From Thainema sp. (GTDB lineage Bacteria; Cyanobacteriota; Cyanobacteriia; Phormidesmidales; Phormidesmidaceae), in contig JBQLZK010000014.1 of assembly GCA_052168235.1 (NCBI GenBank), positions 56,495 to 120,494 on the forward strand: a stretch of DNA of 64,000 nt. The letters run 5' to 3'. The notes below the pieces were generated by a model. It ran no database searches. It was given only the letters and a program-made list of their open reading frames with translations, and had not been told where the DNA came from. A program made the translations under genes and the position numbers. This document shows, piece by piece, positions 49,775-59,501 of the stretch (within the stretch, counting starts at the first letter, position 1; each line of letters opens with the position of its first letter).

Positions 49775-52054
49775 ATGTGGTGTCGATCAGCTAAATTCCT
49801 TCGCATTTCAGTTCAGCATGTTTTACAACGGAAGCGACGAGTTGAAGAAATAGCAGTTCTAGTCACCGTCTGTATTATCTTGCTCCGTATGACGGGCTGG
49901 TTGCAGGCTGTAGAGTGGAATTTACTCGATCGGCTTTTTCGGCTACGTGGGGTGGAAGAGCGAGATGATCGTATCGTAATCGTTGAAATTAACGAAGACG
50001 ATCTGGAGCAGCTCGGTGAGTGGCCAATCTCAGATAAAACCCTAGTACAGCTACTAGAAACTATTGATCAAGCAGATCCTAGAGCAATTGGTCTTGATAT
50101 TTATCGCGATCTGCCTGTGGGTGCAGGACAAGCTGAATTAGCCGCGTTTTTTCAGCGTGTTCCCTATATCTACGGCATTGAAACTCTACCCGATTCTTTG
50201 AACGATAGAGGAGTGGATGCGCCGAACCTTCTGCAAGAGAAGGAGCAGGTTGGGTTTAACAACGTCATTATTGATGCAGATGGCGTTGTCCGCCGAAACA
50301 TTCTGTATTGGAGTCGAGGTGAGGGGGGAGTGGCTGCCAGCTTATCCCTACAATTAGCGCTAGCCTATCTTCAGCCTGAAGGAATTGAATTAAGTTTGAT
50401 TGAGCGGACTGGTGACTTACAGTTGGGCGATATCGTATTGACACGGTTTCGCCCTAATGATGGTGCCTATGTAGCGGCTGATGCTGGGGGATATCAACTC
50501 CTTGCTAACTATCGAGGTGGACAAACGATTAGGACGGTTTCTATTAGTGAAGTCTTGCGTGGGAATGTCTCGTCAGACATTTTTCGCGATCGCATTGTCC
50601 TCATTGGTTCAACTGCAGCTAGCCTTAAGGACTTTTTCCGAACACCACTGACTCGCAGCACAGAACAGTCAAGACTGTTTGCTGGAGTTGAACTACAGGC
50701 CGATTTCACCAGTCAACTGATTAGTGCTGCTTTAGATGATCGGCCCATGCTAAGGGTTTGGCCGACAGGCTGGGCGTGGCTACTCATTCTAGCCTGTGCC
50801 TATGGTTCTGCAACCATTGTTTGGTATCAGCGATCGCTACTGAAATCTACAGGTTTCACCCTGTTGTTAACCGTTGGGGTGAGCGGAATCTGCGTGCTGG
50901 CCTTTTTTGGTGGCACACTTTGGCTGCCAATTTTACCCTGTACGATGGTCGTTATTTTTACGGCAACGCTTACCAAGACTTATCAACTGCAGCAAGCCGA
51001 AAAGCTGAAAAAATCGAAGGAATTCCTGAGTTCTGTTATCAATACGATTCCCGATCCTATTTTTGTAGCAGATCAGCAACAGCGCTGGATTGTAGTGAAT
51101 CAGGCTTACTGTAATTTTGTAGGTTATCCGCTTGACTATCTGATTGAGAAAACGCCGTTTGATATTTTTCCTCAAAACGAAGCGCTTGTTTTCCAACAGC
51201 AGTATGAGCAGGTGTTCACTACGGGGGAAGCTCAGGAAAGTGAGGAAAGCTTTACCGATGCTAACGGGCACACCTATCTAACGGCTACAAAGCGATCGCT
51301 TCATCGGGACAGCGCTGGGAATCTGTTTTTAGTAGGCGTGATTCGGGACATCACTGATCGCAAACGACTGGAACAAGAGCTGCGCCGGACGGCTTCCGAA
51401 CTGCTGCGATCCAATACTGAATTGCGCAAAGCTGAGGGGCGGCTACGGCGCTTAGCCTATCATGATGCACTGACTGGCCTACCTAACCGCGAATTTTTCT
51501 ACGAGCGCTTTAAGGAAAGCGTGGTTTGGGCTACAGAACGCGATCGCATGATCGGTCTGCTCTTTATTGATCTAGATGGATTCAAGCTGATTAACGATCA
51601 TCACGGCCACGATGTCGGCGATCAGCTCCTCCAGGCCGTTGCCGGACGGCTGGCAGGGTGCTTAAGAGGTAGTGACATTGTCTCGCGGCTTGGCGGCGAT
51701 GAATTCACTGTACTGCTGCCGGGTATTCCAGATTTAGATGCTGCTAAGCGAGTAGCCGAAAAAATTCTCGCTAAGCTATCTCAACCGTTTGGACTGGAAG
51801 AACAGCGGGTTTCAGTGACAGCTAGCATCGGCATTAGCCTATATCCCTTGCATGGAACCGACATTGAATCGCTGATGCGCACTGCCGATTCCAAGATGTA
51901 TCAGGCTAAGCGCATTGGAAAAAATCAGTTTGCGTTTGAGGATGTTACCGCTTCACACAATGCTGAAACTAATTCCTTACGTAGCAGCATGGACAGTGCT
52001 TCTAATCCTGAATCGACCAGAAATAAGCGTTCTGCAAAATGGCGCGATGGCTAG
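49775..52054 (+). CDS. CHASE2-PAS-GGDEF diguanylate cyclase
   Basis: IVIVEINE.DL...WP, AIGLDIYRD, IVLIG.TA (CHASE2), TM segments, PAS (IPDPIF...RDITDRK), HD.LTGLPNR, RGSD I-site and intact GGDEF. Confidence 0.95.
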   Translation: MWCRSAKFLRISVQHVLQRKRRVEEIAVLVTVCIILLRMTGWLQAVEWNLLDRLFRLRGVEERDDRIVIVEINEDDLEQLGEWPISDKTLVQLLETIDQADPRAIGLDIYRDLPVGAGQAELAAFFQRVPYIYGIETLPDSLNDRGVDAPNLLQEKEQVGFNNVIIDADGVVRRNILYWSRGEGGVAASLSLQLALAYLQPEGIELSLIERTGDLQLGDIVLTRFRPNDGAYVAADAGGYQLLANYRGGQTIRTVSISEVLRGNVSSDIFRDRIVLIGSTAASLKDFFRTPLTRSTEQSRLFAGVELQADFTSQLISAALDDRPMLRVWPTGWAWLLILACAYGSATIVWYQRSLLKSTGFTLLLTVGVSGICVLAFFGGTLWLPILPCTMVVIFTATLTKTYQLQQAEKLKKSKEFLSSVINTIPDPIFVADQQQRWIVVNQAYCNFVGYPLDYLIEKTPFDIFPQNEALVFQQQYEQVFTTGEAQESEESFTDANGHTYLTATKRSLHRDSAGNLFLVGVIRDITDRKRLEQELRRTASELLRSNTELRKAEGRLRRLAYHDALTGLPNREFFYERFKESVVWATERDRMIGLLFIDLDGFKLINDHHGHDVGDQLLQAVAGRLAGCLRGSDIVSRLGGDEFTVLLPGIPDLDAAKRVAEKILAKLSQPFGLEEQRVSVTASIGISLYPLHGTDIESLMRTADSKMYQAKRIGKNQFAFEDVTASHNAETNSLRSSMDSASNPESTRNKRSAKWRDG

Positions 52055-52106
52055 GACTGAAGACCAAGTGCACAGTAAAGACAATATAAAGCCGAGCCAT
52101 CGCGAA

Positions 52107-52265
52107 CTAGTCATCCGAGTGGGGCATTAAAACGCGCCAGGCAATGAAGCCAGCAAAGGCAACATAGCCGAATACAGTTAACCAATCCAGCCAATAACTG
52201 GAAGCACTAAATGGCAGGTTATTTATTACGGGTGGGATAAATACGGGTTGGATGAATATAGCCAT
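52107..52265 (-). CDS. Small single-TM protein (52 aa) directly after tetR, below ORF-track cutoff
   Basis: MAIFIQPVFIPPVINNLPFSASSYWLDWLTVFGYVAFAGFIAWRVLMPHSDD; ATG 3 nt after the tetR stop. Confidence 0.55.
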   Translation of the reverse strand: MAIFIQPVFIPPVINNLPFSASSYWLDWLTVFGYVAFAGFIAWRVLMPHSDD

Positions 52266-52268
52266 TGT

Positions 52269-52892
52269 TTAGCTGTTGGCATCGTTGGCTAGAACTCCAT
52301 TTAAGAAAATGTCAGCCAAATCTTCAGCCATTGCCTGCATGGCCTGAGGCGAGGCGTCCTCAGCCATAATGGTGTTGTGGCTGAAACCTGCAACGGTAAA
52401 CATGCCTAGGAAGACCTGCGCTACAGTACGCGGATTCATTTGCCGATACACTCCCCGATCCATGGCAGTTTGAAAAAAGGCCTCCGTCACATCGGTCATT
52501 TTGGCGATGACTTCATACTGAATGCGATCGCGCAAATCAGGGTGAAACTGAGCCTCCATGAAACAAACGCGCATCATATCTGCATTTTGGTGCAGATTTA
52601 GCATCCGCTTGCGCATCACTTGCGCAACCGCTTTGTAGCTGCCCATCTCGCTCAATTCGGTGAGTAAGTCGGTGAGGATTTCAACCCAGCCCTGCGTGGC
52701 GACCTCAACCAAAATGGCCTTTTTGTTTTCAAAATGTCGAAATAGTGTACCTTCTGCTACACCTGCTGCCTGAGCTAGGTCACGAGTTGTCGTGCCGTCA
52801 AAGCCGCTGCGGGCAAACAGACGCTGCGCGGCTTTTAGAATCCGAGTTTCGGTATCTTCTTCTACTGGCCTGGGGCGATGAAACGTTCTCAT
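52269..52892 (-). CDS. TetR/AcrR family transcriptional regulator
   Basis: RILKAAQRLFA..GFDGTTTRDLA..AGVAEGTLFRHF.NK. Confidence 0.95.
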   Translation of the reverse strand: MRTFHRPRPVEEDTETRILKAAQRLFARSGFDGTTTRDLAQAAGVAEGTLFRHFENKKAILVEVATQGWVEILTDLLTELSEMGSYKAVAQVMRKRMLNLHQNADMMRVCFMEAQFHPDLRDRIQYEVIAKMTDVTEAFFQTAMDRGVYRQMNPRTVAQVFLGMFTVAGFSHNTIMAEDASPQAMQAMAEDLADIFLNGVLANDANS

Positions 52893-52991
52893 GAGACGGC
52901 AGCAAGTAATTGTTCACTTCTATGTGTAGCGATATTGTCGGATGTTTGTCTTCGGAATTCGGTAAAGGTTCACAGTTCCTCACAAAACGTA

Positions 52992-53022
52992 GTAGGGGAC
53001 ATAGCAGTGCTATGCCCCCTAC
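52992..53022. repeat. GTAG-type REP-like palindrome
   Basis: GTAGGGGACATAGCA-G-TGCTATGCCCCCTAC. Confidence 0.75.
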
Positions 53023-53070
53023 AGTACAACGGCAAAATAATGTTGGGTTCGGATGTGATGGATTTAGACT

Positions 53071-53457
53071 CTAGTCCAGAAAACCCATTAGAGATGCTGG
53101 ATCGTCGATTTCGTTGGGTGCGATCGGACGATGACCGGGCAGTCTGCTGGTATCTGCGCTCATGAGAGTACTAACCGCGACAGGGCGATGTCCTGGCAGC
53201 GTATCGCTATGAGCAATTTGAAATGTGTTGGCAACAACAGGGCGATGCCCCATGATGTTGAGGGTATCGACAATCTGTAGGTCGCTGGCTGTGATGGGTC
53301 GATTGTTCGGGAGGGATGGGGAAGTCGTCAGTTTGACGCTGTTGGTGCTTAAAACAATTGCCTGACTGTCGGTGTTGCTCATGTTCTCCTCTTGCTGATC
53401 GTGTGAATCCTGTGTATGCTCGGCAGCCTTACCGTTGGTTTCTGTTTCTGTGCTCAT
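53071..53457 (-). CDS. Hypothetical protein with four ~18-aa RP-containing repeats
   Basis: LPNNRPITAS, IMGHRPVVAN, LPGHRPVAVS, LPGHRPIAPN; ends LMGFLD. Confidence 0.75.
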   Translation of the reverse strand: MSTETETNGKAAEHTQDSHDQQEENMSNTDSQAIVLSTNSVKLTTSPSLPNNRPITASDLQIVDTLNIMGHRPVVANTFQIAHSDTLPGHRPVAVSTLMSADTSRLPGHRPIAPNEIDDPASLMGFLD

Positions 53458-53839
53458 GGCCTGAATCCCGCAATGAGTGGGTTGAGATTTGTTAAGAAAA
53501 AATTAAAAAAGTTTATCAATAAATTGAACGCTTTTTGACAATTTGGTACCTGATCAAACCTTAAGTAAATATTATACGAGACGCAAGCGACACCCCGATC
53601 TGCCGAAAGGGATGTAATCTATACATATAAGGGGTTTCAAGCTATAGATAACGCTTTTTTATCCTCGATATTAGTCATAAGCACGCTCAAGTTGGGCCGG
53701 AACGACGCAAGAAAGAGTGCTGAAGACTGAGTGCTGGGTATTGGGTGCTGAGGAAAATGGAACTCGCCTCGCTCTTCATTCCTCCTGCCTTACTTCTTCT
53801 AAAAACCTTTGACAGCCTCTACTGCACGCTGAAAACTAG

Positions 53840-53930
53840 TGCTGTGTCAAATCAGTTTTGATGGTTGGTATGCCGCGCTCTGCGCGGCATACCAACCATC
53901 AAAACCCACCAAAACAAGGTTGACAAACCA
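53840..53930. mobile_element. 91-bp MITE-like element family C, copy 2, with CTAG duplication
   Basis: CTAG-TGCTGTGTCAA...TTGACAAACCA-CTAG; internal perfect hairpin TTTTGATGGTTGGTATGCCGCGC-TCT-GCGCGGCATACCAACCATCAAAA. Confidence 0.88.
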
Positions 53931-55796
53931 CTAGGCACTAAAGCTAAAGATTGAACGACGCCACTGCTGGTTGGTTTTGCGATCGCACTTGAATTCCAAT
54001 AAGCGAATGCCTGACTTTGGGAGCTGGCTTAGATGCTGTTTTATATCGTCCCAGGTTTGCAGCGATCGGTACTCAACACCATAAGCCTGGCAAAGAGGCT
54101 CTAGCTCGACGGATTGAGGAGTGGCAAAGAACTCCTCAAACGGTGGGTCGAACTGGGCAATCGGCAGCATTTCAAAGATGCCGCCGCCGTGGTTATTGAT
54201 CATCACAATCGTGAGATGACCGTGGAACTTGGGTCGGATTAATAAACCATTGGTGTCGTGTAAGAACGCCAAATCCCCGGTCAACAACACGCTAGGCCGT
54301 TGATGATGGGCAATCCCCAGCGCAGTAGACAGCGTACCGTCAATCCCGTTTGCGCCCCGGTTAAAGTAGGGCTGAATGTTGCGATCGCTAGGTGGCCAAA
54401 ACCATTCCACATCTCGCACGGGCATACTGTTGGCGATGAAGAGGGGCGTGTTAGTTGGTAACACTTGTGCTAATTGCCAAATCAGCTTGCTTTCCAGCCA
54501 TTCATCAGTTTGAGTCAGCGTCGTGTCGATATAGTGTCGCTGCTGACGTTCTGCTTGCTGCCACTGCTGCAGATAGGTGGCTGCTCTTTCTGATTGCTGT
54601 GATGTACTGATTAATTTAGAAGCATCACCAGTCGTTACTGTGGTTGATCTCGCGTTTGATATAGCTAGATCCGTATCTACGCCAGTCACATTAGCCGTGC
54701 AGCTAGTCCACCACTGCATCAGCGCTTCGATAGCGATCGACAGTTTGGCCGTTTGTCCGTGTAGGGGATCTAAATTGCGATCGCGTGGGTCAATGACCCA
54801 CTGCAGTGGCTGTACTTGAGTTAGCCATTGGCGCAAAATCTTGCTAGTCGGCATTTCTCCAATGCGAATCACCTGCTGGGGCTGTAGCTGTTCTGCCTGT
54901 TCAGAACTACGCAAAATAAGGTCATAGGTCGAAACCAGGTGGGGATTTAGACTGGCATAGTTCCGTACGGGCGATAAACCCTCTGCTAATATCGGCCAGT
55001 TAAGGATTTGAGATAACTGAGCAATGGCACAGCAGTATGCTTCCGGATCAGTAGGTTGGGCAATGCCTGCAATGATCAAACCGCGATCGCACATTTGCCA
55101 CTGATCAAATAAATTCAAGAGCCCTGTCGGATTGGTTGGACTAGCGTACAGCGGGGCTAACAACTGTGCCGTAACTGTACTGTTGAGATGAGCAAAAAAC
55201 GTAGAGATAGGGAACTCGGCTGCAAGTGCGATCGCGGCTTCTTCTGGAACGGGAGCTAGCGGATCGCGAAAGGGAAAATTGAGATGAACTGCTCCCGAGT
55301 TGACTGAACCAGCTCGCTTCCAAGCTTGCACAATGGTCTGCCGCAGATAAGTCAACCGGGAAAACTCCAATGACGGCAACGCAACTTCGTGGTACCAGTT
55401 GGAATAGGAGCCATAAAGTTTCTGCTGATCGATTGTTTGTCCTGCATTACAGTCGCGCAGTTCTGGCGGTCGATCTGCGGTCAAGATAAGCAGTGGAATG
55501 TTACTCTCTCGAGCCTCGATCACTGCTGAATAAAAATTTGCCCCAGCCGTGCCAGAGGTACACACCACTACCACGGGATTGTGCGATTGACGGGCCCGGC
55601 CCAAGGCAAAGAACGCCGCAGATCGTTCGTCCAAAATTGGAATAGACTCAATTCCGGGATGTTGCGCAAAGGCAACGGTCAAGGGGGTTGAACGCGAACC
55701 CGGACACAAAACTGCCGTTTTAAGGCCAAGCTGTGCCAGGGTCTCCACTACGATGGATGCCCAAACAGAGTTTGTATTGCGAAAATCGATAGCCAT
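53931..55796 (-). CDS. menD: SEPHCHC synthase MenD
   Basis: PGSRSTPL, DERSAAFFALG, TSGTA.AN, TADRP, NSMPVRD, NRGANGIDG, GDLAFLHD, NN.GGGIF. Confidence 0.97.
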   Translation of the reverse strand: MAIDFRNTNSVWASIVVETLAQLGLKTAVLCPGSRSTPLTVAFAQHPGIESIPILDERSAAFFALGRARQSHNPVVVVCTSGTAGANFYSAVIEARESNIPLLILTADRPPELRDCNAGQTIDQQKLYGSYSNWYHEVALPSLEFSRLTYLRQTIVQAWKRAGSVNSGAVHLNFPFRDPLAPVPEEAAIALAAEFPISTFFAHLNSTVTAQLLAPLYASPTNPTGLLNLFDQWQMCDRGLIIAGIAQPTDPEAYCCAIAQLSQILNWPILAEGLSPVRNYASLNPHLVSTYDLILRSSEQAEQLQPQQVIRIGEMPTSKILRQWLTQVQPLQWVIDPRDRNLDPLHGQTAKLSIAIEALMQWWTSCTANVTGVDTDLAISNARSTTVTTGDASKLISTSQQSERAATYLQQWQQAERQQRHYIDTTLTQTDEWLESKLIWQLAQVLPTNTPLFIANSMPVRDVEWFWPPSDRNIQPYFNRGANGIDGTLSTALGIAHHQRPSVLLTGDLAFLHDTNGLLIRPKFHGHLTIVMINNHGGGIFEMLPIAQFDPPFEEFFATPQSVELEPLCQAYGVEYRSLQTWDDIKQHLSQLPKSGIRLLEFKCDRKTNQQWRRSIFSFSA

Positions 55797-55953
55797 GCCG
55801 ACGGCAGCCTGCTGAAAACATCCCGACTCAAAACATCCCTGATCTTAATCGCAATTGCGCTGGGAGTCAGGAAAAGAGCGCCTTGTGAGTGCAAGTTGTC
55901 TCAACCAATTGCTCGACCAATTGCTCAAATCAACTGCTGAACTAACTAAAAGA

Positions 55954-56376
55954 ATGGGTAAACTTTTTCATCTCGATATTGTGGTATCTACTGATGTGAT
56001 TGATGAGAATAATCACGTCAACAACGTTGCTTATGTCAAGTGGATGCAGGACGTTGCCGTTAGTCACTCCCGTTCAACGGGTGGAACGCAGGCGGCTAGA
56101 GACGCAGGGGGAACATGGGTGGCCCGCGCCCACTATATTGAGTATCGTCAGCCAGCGTTTCAGGGAAATCGTCTGCGACTGATGACCTGGATTAGTGACT
56201 TTCGCAAAATTCGCAGCCAGCGCCGATATAAGTTTTTACGACTTGATGACAATGTTACGATAGCCGTTGGCTATACGGATTGGGTGTTTGTGGATGCTGT
56301 CACAGGACGCCCACGCTCGATTCCACCTACCGTCGTTGCCTGTTTTGATATCTTGCCTGAATCTGAAGAACCTTAA
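55954..56376 (+). CDS. Acyl-CoA thioesterase (hotdog fold)
   Basis: ID.N.HVNNV.YV.W, WV.R.H.IEY..PAF; start moved to ATG 55954. Confidence 0.88.
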   Translation: MGKLFHLDIVVSTDVIDENNHVNNVAYVKWMQDVAVSHSRSTGGTQAARDAGGTWVARAHYIEYRQPAFQGNRLRLMTWISDFRKIRSQRRYKFLRLDDNVTIAVGYTDWVFVDAVTGRPRSIPPTVVACFDILPESEEP

Positions 56377-56441
56377 ATTCAGTATTTTTAACTCTCGACG
56401 CTGCCTAATTGTTCTGAATAAGATGGACATGCTGCAATTCA

Positions 56442-56825
56442 ATGGTGCGATCGCGCATGGCCTCCAATGACCCTCGCCACGATAACGACAGAGACTTTCA
56501 ACTTCGCCAACGGGAAGCTGATTTAAAGAAACGAGAACTAGAGATTCGGCTCCGTGAACTAGAAGCAGAACTGCATCAGCGTCCTCCAGCCACTCCTGTC
56601 CCTCAAGTCGAAGTGCAAACGGTCTATCCTCAAAAGTCAGCTACTCCAGAAACACGCTGGCAGCGCTGGAAACGGTCAATCGGCAATTTTGCGAAGTTCT
56701 GCATCTTAGTGGTGGTTGTCCTAGTTGCAATTCGCGTTTCGTTTTGGCTAGCCAATATCATCATCATCGGCACAGCCGCTTTTGTTGCTTACAAGCTATT
56801 TTTCGAAAGCAAGCCGAATCAGTAG
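56442..56825 (+). CDS. Hypothetical protein: coiled coil plus two C-terminal TM segments
   Basis: RELEIRLRELEAEL coiled coil; hydrophobic C-terminus; alternative start 56457. Confidence 0.7.
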   Translation: MVRSRMASNDPRHDNDRDFQLRQREADLKKRELEIRLRELEAELHQRPPATPVPQVEVQTVYPQKSATPETRWQRWKRSIGNFAKFCILVVVVLVAIRVSFWLANIIIIGTAAFVAYKLFFESKPNQ

Positions 56826-56844
56826 CCATTGCACATGCATGCAC

Positions 56845-56903
56845 GATTCGAAAAGCAGAGAGCCTGTTGCGGCAACCGCAACAGGCTCTCTGCTTTTCGA
56901 ATC
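56845..56903. repeat. Perfect 28-bp-arm palindrome between convergent genes
   Basis: GATTCGAAAAGCAGAGAGCCTGTTGCGG-CAA-CCGCAACAGGCTCTCTGCTTTTCGAATC. Confidence 0.9.
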
Positions 56904-56909
56904 TCAAAT

Positions 56910-57326
56910 CTATGGCACAATGCTCAGCGTAAACGAGTGTTGTCCTGTGCCCTGCTCACCAACATAGACAGAGTACTGACCCTGATCCCAGAGCCCTGGA
57001 ATTTCAATTTTGCCATCGGCATATTCATCTGCCATCACGCAGTGAACCTGACCGTTGGGGCCACGTACCAACAGCGTTAGAGTTGCCAAGGCGGGGCTCT
57101 CAACTCGAAATCGGAGCGATGTTAAATCTGCATTGACCTGTACCTGTTGATGAGGACTGGCCGGAATATTGCCACACGAACTGGACTGACTACCACCCGA
57201 TTGACCACTCATGCTGATCACATTTGTGAGCGGGGTAGATATCACGTCTCCATGTGCTACTTGAGTTCCTAGCAAAAGTACAGAGATCGCAACGGGAAGA
57301 ACAAACCACCGTGGAGAACTTTTCAT
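56910..57326 (-). CDS. Exported hypothetical protein (PPC-like beta sandwich)
   Basis: Signal peptide (AHG), SGGSQ...CG.I...P, TLLVRGP, GQYSVYVG. Confidence 0.7.
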   Translation of the reverse strand: MKSSPRWFVLPVAISVLLLGTQVAHGDVISTPLTNVISMSGQSGGSQSSSCGNIPASPHQQVQVNADLTSLRFRVESPALATLTLLVRGPNGQVHCVMADEYADGKIEIPGLWDQGQYSVYVGEQGTGQHSFTLSIVP

Positions 57327-57503
57327 TATTCGTACTCCCCAAAATTGACAAAGCAAAACAGCATGGCTGGAATAGGAACGCTGTTACTAACGATACTAAC
57401 TGGTTGGCTGAACCCCAATGGAAGATTTATGACACTTCTGCGATCGCACGTTGAACCGTACCACATTTAGCCACGTATATTTTGGATTGTTCGATGAACT
57501 CAA

Positions 57504-58502
57504 CTAAAACTGGCGCAAGAACCGCAAGTCGCTTTGATAGAGACGACGAATATCGTCAATCTCGTGCAGTACCATTGCTAATCGCTCAACGCCCATACCA
57601 GCGGCAAAGCCAGTGTAAATCTCTGGATCGTAGCCGACGGCCTTGAGTACATTGGGATCAACCATGCCGCAGCCCAAAACTTCTAGCCACTTGCCTTTCC
57701 ACTGAATATCCACTTCGGCTGAGGGTTCAGTGAACGGAAAATAGCTGGGGCGCAGTCGAATGGGGACATCGCCAAATAAGGCATCAATGAAGACGCGAAT
57801 TGTGCCCTTCAAATCGCTGAACGTCAGTCCTTCATCTACAGCTAAAATTTCAACCTGATGAAAGACGGCTGAGTGGGTTGAATCTACCGTGTCGCGACGA
57901 TAGCAGCGCCCAGGCGAAACGATACGAATGGGTGGTTCCGTTTGCTCCATGTAGCGGATTTGCACGTTGGAGGTATGCGTCCGCATCAGATTGCCATCGG
58001 GCAGATAAAGCGTGTCCTGCATATCCCTCGCGGGATGATCGGGTAGGAAATTCAGCGCTTCAAAGTTGTAATAGTCTGTTTCCATTTCCGGGCCTTGAGC
58101 CACGGTATAACCCAGTCCGATGAAAATATCGACCAGTCGGTCAACCATGCCGTTGATGGGATGGACTCGACCTTGAGGCCGATAGGTTCCTGGCATTGTC
58201 ACATCAAGCGTTTCAGCCTCTAGCTGAGCCTGAATAGCAGCTTCTTGCAGCGTCTCGCGCTTAGTATCTAAATCAGACTGCACCGCTTCTTTAACGGTGT
58301 TCGCCAACGAGCCAATCTTGGGTCGATCACTGGCATCGAGTTTGCCCATTCCTTTCAAGATTTGGGACAAATCGCCCTTTTTGCCAAGATATTTAACGCG
58401 CATCTGCTCCAGATCGTCGAGCGAATCTACGGCTGCGATCGCACGTTGAGCTTCAGCTTGTAGGGCAGTCAGTTGCGCTTCCAGATCAGTTAAGGTGGTC
58501 AT
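57504..58502 (-). CDS. pheS: Phenylalanine--tRNA ligase alpha subunit
   Basis: [48 protein letters not shown]; start moved to ATG 58502. Confidence 0.98.
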   Translation of the reverse strand: MTTLTDLEAQLTALQAEAQRAIAAVDSLDDLEQMRVKYLGKKGDLSQILKGMGKLDASDRPKIGSLANTVKEAVQSDLDTKRETLQEAAIQAQLEAETLDVTMPGTYRPQGRVHPINGMVDRLVDIFIGLGYTVAQGPEMETDYYNFEALNFLPDHPARDMQDTLYLPDGNLMRTHTSNVQIRYMEQTEPPIRIVSPGRCYRRDTVDSTHSAVFHQVEILAVDEGLTFSDLKGTIRVFIDALFGDVPIRLRPSYFPFTEPSAEVDIQWKGKWLEVLGCGMVDPNVLKAVGYDPEIYTGFAAGMGVERLAMVLHEIDDIRRLYQSDLRFLRQF

Positions 58503-58676
58503 GCCAGTTTGCAATATGTTCGTAGGTCTAACTCTTGGGTTCAAATGGGCAATTGAATGCCAATTTTGTTTACCTTACCAGTGTAAATGGACAAACCCCA
58601 TCCCGGACAGACCTTTTTTGTGAACCCTGCTGATCAGTTTATTCGTTGGTGGTTAATTGCTGATGTATAAGCGCAA

Positions 58677-59003
58677 TTAGCTGCGCCACAGTTTATTTTC
58701 AATATCGCGCATTTGGCGCTCTAAGCGATCCAAACGACCCCGCAGCTCATCCATCTCGGCCTGACGAGGCACGCCCAAATCTTGCAACACACGACGGAGC
58801 TGTCGCTGCATCTGATCTTCAAAGTTCGTCTGTTCGGTGCGAATTTGCCCCATCAGATCATCGACAAAATTATTGGCCTGATCTGGGTCGAGTCGTCCTT
58901 CTTTGACCCACTGATCGCTAACCTCCCGCAGCTTTTCAGCCACCAGCGAGGTGGTACCAACACCGATCATGAGCAACTGTTTTAGCAGGGTGTTTGTGTC
59001 CAT
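58677..59003 (-). CDS. Phasin-family-like small coiled-coil protein
   Basis: LLMIGVG.TSLVAEKL....D.WVKEG...LG.PRQAE.DELR.R.DRLE. Confidence 0.75.
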   Translation of the reverse strand: MDTNTLLKQLLMIGVGTTSLVAEKLREVSDQWVKEGRLDPDQANNFVDDLMGQIRTEQTNFEDQMQRQLRRVLQDLGVPRQAEMDELRGRLDRLERQMRDIENKLWRS

Positions 59004-59119
59004 ATCCTTGTCTCTACAGATTGTGCTTCCCAAAGACAGCCTATCGTTTCTCTATAGGAAGCTACAGTCGTGTTTACCGTCAAGTATTTGCTCGGTTTAA
59101 TTTCGGCTTTTATTCAAAC

Positions 59120-59162
59120 AGTGCGTAGCAAAAGGACACATTGCGTCCTTTTGCTACGCACT
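59120..59162. terminator. Hairpin downstream of tRNA-Ser
   Basis: AGTGCGTAGCAAAAGGAC...GTCCTTTTGCTACGCACT. Confidence 0.65.
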
Positions 59163-59181
59163 ATTTGGTTTGGATTATCAA

Positions 59182-59268
59182 CGGAGAGGGAGGGATTCGA
59201 ACCCTCGATGCCCTTGCGGACATAACGGTTTTCGAGACCGTCGCATTCAACCACTCTGCCACCTCTCC
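59182..59268 (-). tRNA. tRNA-Ser (anticodon CGA)
   Basis: Reverse complement GGAGAGG-TGGCAGAGTGG...ACGGT-CTCGAAA-ACCGT, long variable arm, GGTTCGAATCC, CTCTCC-G; CCA not encoded. Confidence 0.96.
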
Positions 59269-59501
59269 TGGTGGGGTTTCATCGCCTATCTTATACTAAT
59301 TTTGGATTTTGGATTGACGATTTTGGATTCGCTCCATGATGTTCAAGCGCAAATACCGTTCGCCTCTTCCACCTCTACATCCCTTTGCAGATCTCTGCCC
59401 TCGAATTCCTTGGCTCCTTCTAAATCATTGCACCTTGCTAGCAGTCCTCTTTTCCTTGACTCCTTTTACAGCTTCACAACCCCTCCCACTCTCTTACCCC
59501 T

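Noticed and set aside
52269..52892. Naming the TetR regulator pfsR
   Set aside because: Cannot distinguish cyanobacterial TetR paralogs without an alignment.
55954..56376. Thioesterase as the DHNA-CoA thioesterase of the men pathway
   Set aside because: Only adjacency to menD supports it; the motif is a generic hotdog thioesterase, so no specific call was made.
59182..59268. tRNA-Ser as an integration site for an island
   Set aside because: No duplicated tRNA 3' end and no integrase; neighbours are core genes.
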